DNA of 55,776 bases from Candidatus Limnocylindrus sp. (lineage in GTDB: Bacteria > Chloroflexota > Limnocylindria > Limnocylindrales > Limnocylindraceae), in NCBI GenBank assembly GCA_051006395.1, contig JBPCTG010000074.1:1-55776 (forward strand). The letters run 5' to 3'. Shown piece after piece: positions 54,410 to 55,776 of the stretch (position 1 is its first letter; each line of letters begins with the position of its first letter). The translations under genes and the position numbers were made by a program. The notes under the pieces are model-generated. The model worked only from the letters and a program-made list of their open reading frames with translations, was not told the origin of the DNA and did no database searches.

Positions 54410-55776
54410 CCGCCTTCCGCGCCGCGCACCCTGGCCCCGAGGTCTTTGCGCGCCGCGGCGGCAAACGCGTCAAGCGCCGTTTCAACTGCAACGTCTGCCG
54501 CACCAGCTGCTTCAGGCTGGAAGGTGAAGCGCAGGCCCGCGGAGCGCTCCCCTGCTCCGAGCGATCCGCCGGCGAAGAGATCGAAGAGCTCGATCGAGGT
54601 GGCGTTGCCCACGTGCGTCCGGGCGAGCGAAACGAGCGCGCCAACGGTCACGCCGGTTGGAAGGGCAATCGCCATGTCGCGTTGGATCGGCGGAGTTGGT
54701 GGAGGCACGATCGCGGAGCGCACCATCGGCGACCCTGCCGCAAGCCCACGAACGGCGAGTTCGGCGAGTAGGATGCGCGGCGATTCTCGCCACTCTGGTG
54801 CCGCAGGGTGCAGCTCACCGAGTACGCCGGCAACCAGATCGCCAACGATCCGAGCTGAGCGGCCTGGGTGCAGCAGGGTCCCCGCCGCGGCGTCAGGGAG
54901 CGCATCGTATGCCGGTCGCACGTCGAGATGCGCAGCAACCCCTGCGACCAATCGCTTCACCTCATCGAGATCCCACGCGCGCGCAACGCCACCGGGGGCG
55001 GCGGGCTCCACCTCACCCCAAAGGGCGAGCGAGAGGCGCGTCCATTCGACCGGGCCACCCTGGGATCCGCCATAGCCGCGACCGACCTCAAAAAGCGCCC
55101 CTGAGTTCGCACCGTAGCGAAGGTTCGCATCAACACGATCGAGGAGGCTCGGCAGGAGTGAGCGGCGGAGCCGGTCGTGATCTACGGAGAGCGGATTTGC
55201 CAAGATCAACTCGCCCGCACTGGCACTGCCAACAGCGCGCCCCTCACTGTCGGCCAGCGCGGCAGGGATTGCATCAGACGGCTCTGCGTAGCGTGCTGAA
55301 AGCTGCTCTGAGACGAGCGCATGGGTGACAACCTCGTGCAGGCCGCGGCCGGCGAGATGCTGGCGAATCTCGTCACGCAGTGCGGTAGGCTGCGCTGCGT
55401 AGCCAACCGGGTCGCTCCCCGGCAGCTGCGGCGTGAGGCGGTCGTAGCCGTAGAGGCGCGCCACCTCTTCGGCGACATCTGCCTCGATCTCAAGGTCGCG
55501 GCGCCAGGTGGGAACGATCGCTCGGTAGGCGCCGTTCGAAGCCTTCACCGAGCGCTTCGGCGTGACTGGGACCACGCTCGCCCCCTTCGCTGGTGTTGCC
55601 ACCATGCCGATGGTACCGAGGAGCTTCGCCTGGCCTGCGTCGTCAAGATCAATGCCGACCAGGCTGCGCACGCGGCTCGGGCGATAGACAACGATCCGCT
55701 CTGCGGAGTCGTACGAGGGGGCGCTATCGAGCCGGCCAGCGCGCGCGCTCCCGCCAGTCCACGCTGCAAGCAACGA
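54406..55776 (-). CDS. pheT: Phenylalanyl-tRNA synthetase beta subunit, C-terminal part (5' end lies outside the window)
   Basis: The frame is open to the window edge. B5/core region (EEVARLYGYDRL, NPLSVDHDRLR) and a C-terminal FDX-ACB domain (DMAIALP...LFDLF...SAGLRFTFQ). Confidence 0.92.
   Translation of the reverse strand, partial: SLLAAWTGGSARAGRLDSAPSYDSAERIVVYRPSRVRSLVGIDLDDAGQAKLLGTIGMVATPAKGASVVPVTPKRSVKASNGAYRAIVPTWRRDLEIEADVAEEVARLYGYDRLTPQLPGSDPVGYAAQPTALRDEIRQHLAGRGLHEVVTHALVSEQLSARYAEPSDAIPAALADSEGRAVGSASAGELILANPLSVDHDRLRRSLLPSLLDRVDANLRYGANSGALFEVGRGYGGSQGGPVEWTRLSLALWGEVEPAAPGGVARAWDLDEVKRLVAGVAAHLDVRPAYDALPDAAAGTLLHPGRSARIVGDLVAGVLGELHPAAPEWRESPRILLAELAVRGLAAGSPMVRSAIVPPPTPPIQRDMAIALPTGVTVGALVSLARTHVGNATSIELFDLFAGGSLGAGERSAGLRFTFQPEAAGAADVAVETALDAFAAAARKDLGARVRGAEGG

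Overview
Visibly high-GC bacterial chromosome segment (GC not computed), made up almost entirely of conserved housekeeping genes. They sit in very tight operons with many 1-, 4- or 8-nt start/stop overlaps (ATGA, GTGA, TTGA, TAGTG, TGATG).

Gene order:
- Plus strand, 1 to 35.8 kb: smc(partial)-ftsY; a divergent MFS transporter; ffh-rpsP-KH-rimM-trmD-rplS-rnhB-yraN; rpsB-tsf-pyrH-frr-uppS-cdsA-dxr-rseP-ispG; nusA-ylxR-infB-rbfA-DHH-truB-ribF; rpsO-pnp; asd-udg-rnj-ftsK-RodZ-like; yajQ-MurC-like.
- Minus strand, 35.8 to 48.8 kb: MBL/Rieske fusion; miaA-hflX; rny; yebC-ruvC-ruvA-ruvB-tgt-recA-recX; tyrS.
- After that: a class A PBP (+), then pheT(partial)-cvpA-mutS2 (-).

RNase Y, RNase J and MutS2 together with high GC suggest a non-classical Terrabacteria lineage. 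This cannot be assigned from the sequence alone. I saw no rRNA, tRNA, CRISPR array or mobile element.

Most interesting observations:
1. The PNPase gene encodes an 864-aa protein with a complete, catalytically intact-looking DEDDh (DnaQ/RNase T-like) exonuclease domain nested in the helical linker between its two RNase PH domains.
2. A class A PBP gene is interrupted by a single in-frame TAG at a position that aligns as a normal codon.
3. An MBL-fold plus Rieske fusion protein (CMAH/NamH-like domain composition) lies convergent to a MurC/Mpl-like ligase.
4. There is a recurrent TANNNT-N6/7-start-codon geometry, implying leaderless transcripts. It includes two 22-23 bp divergent intergenic regions in which two -10 hexamers overlap by their TA.
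5. A textbook intrinsic terminator sits directly in front of nusA, and there is no rimP.
6. A 38-codon hydrophobic ORF is ATGA-coupled to ffh.

The long antisense ORFs in the ORF track are treated as GC-driven artefacts.
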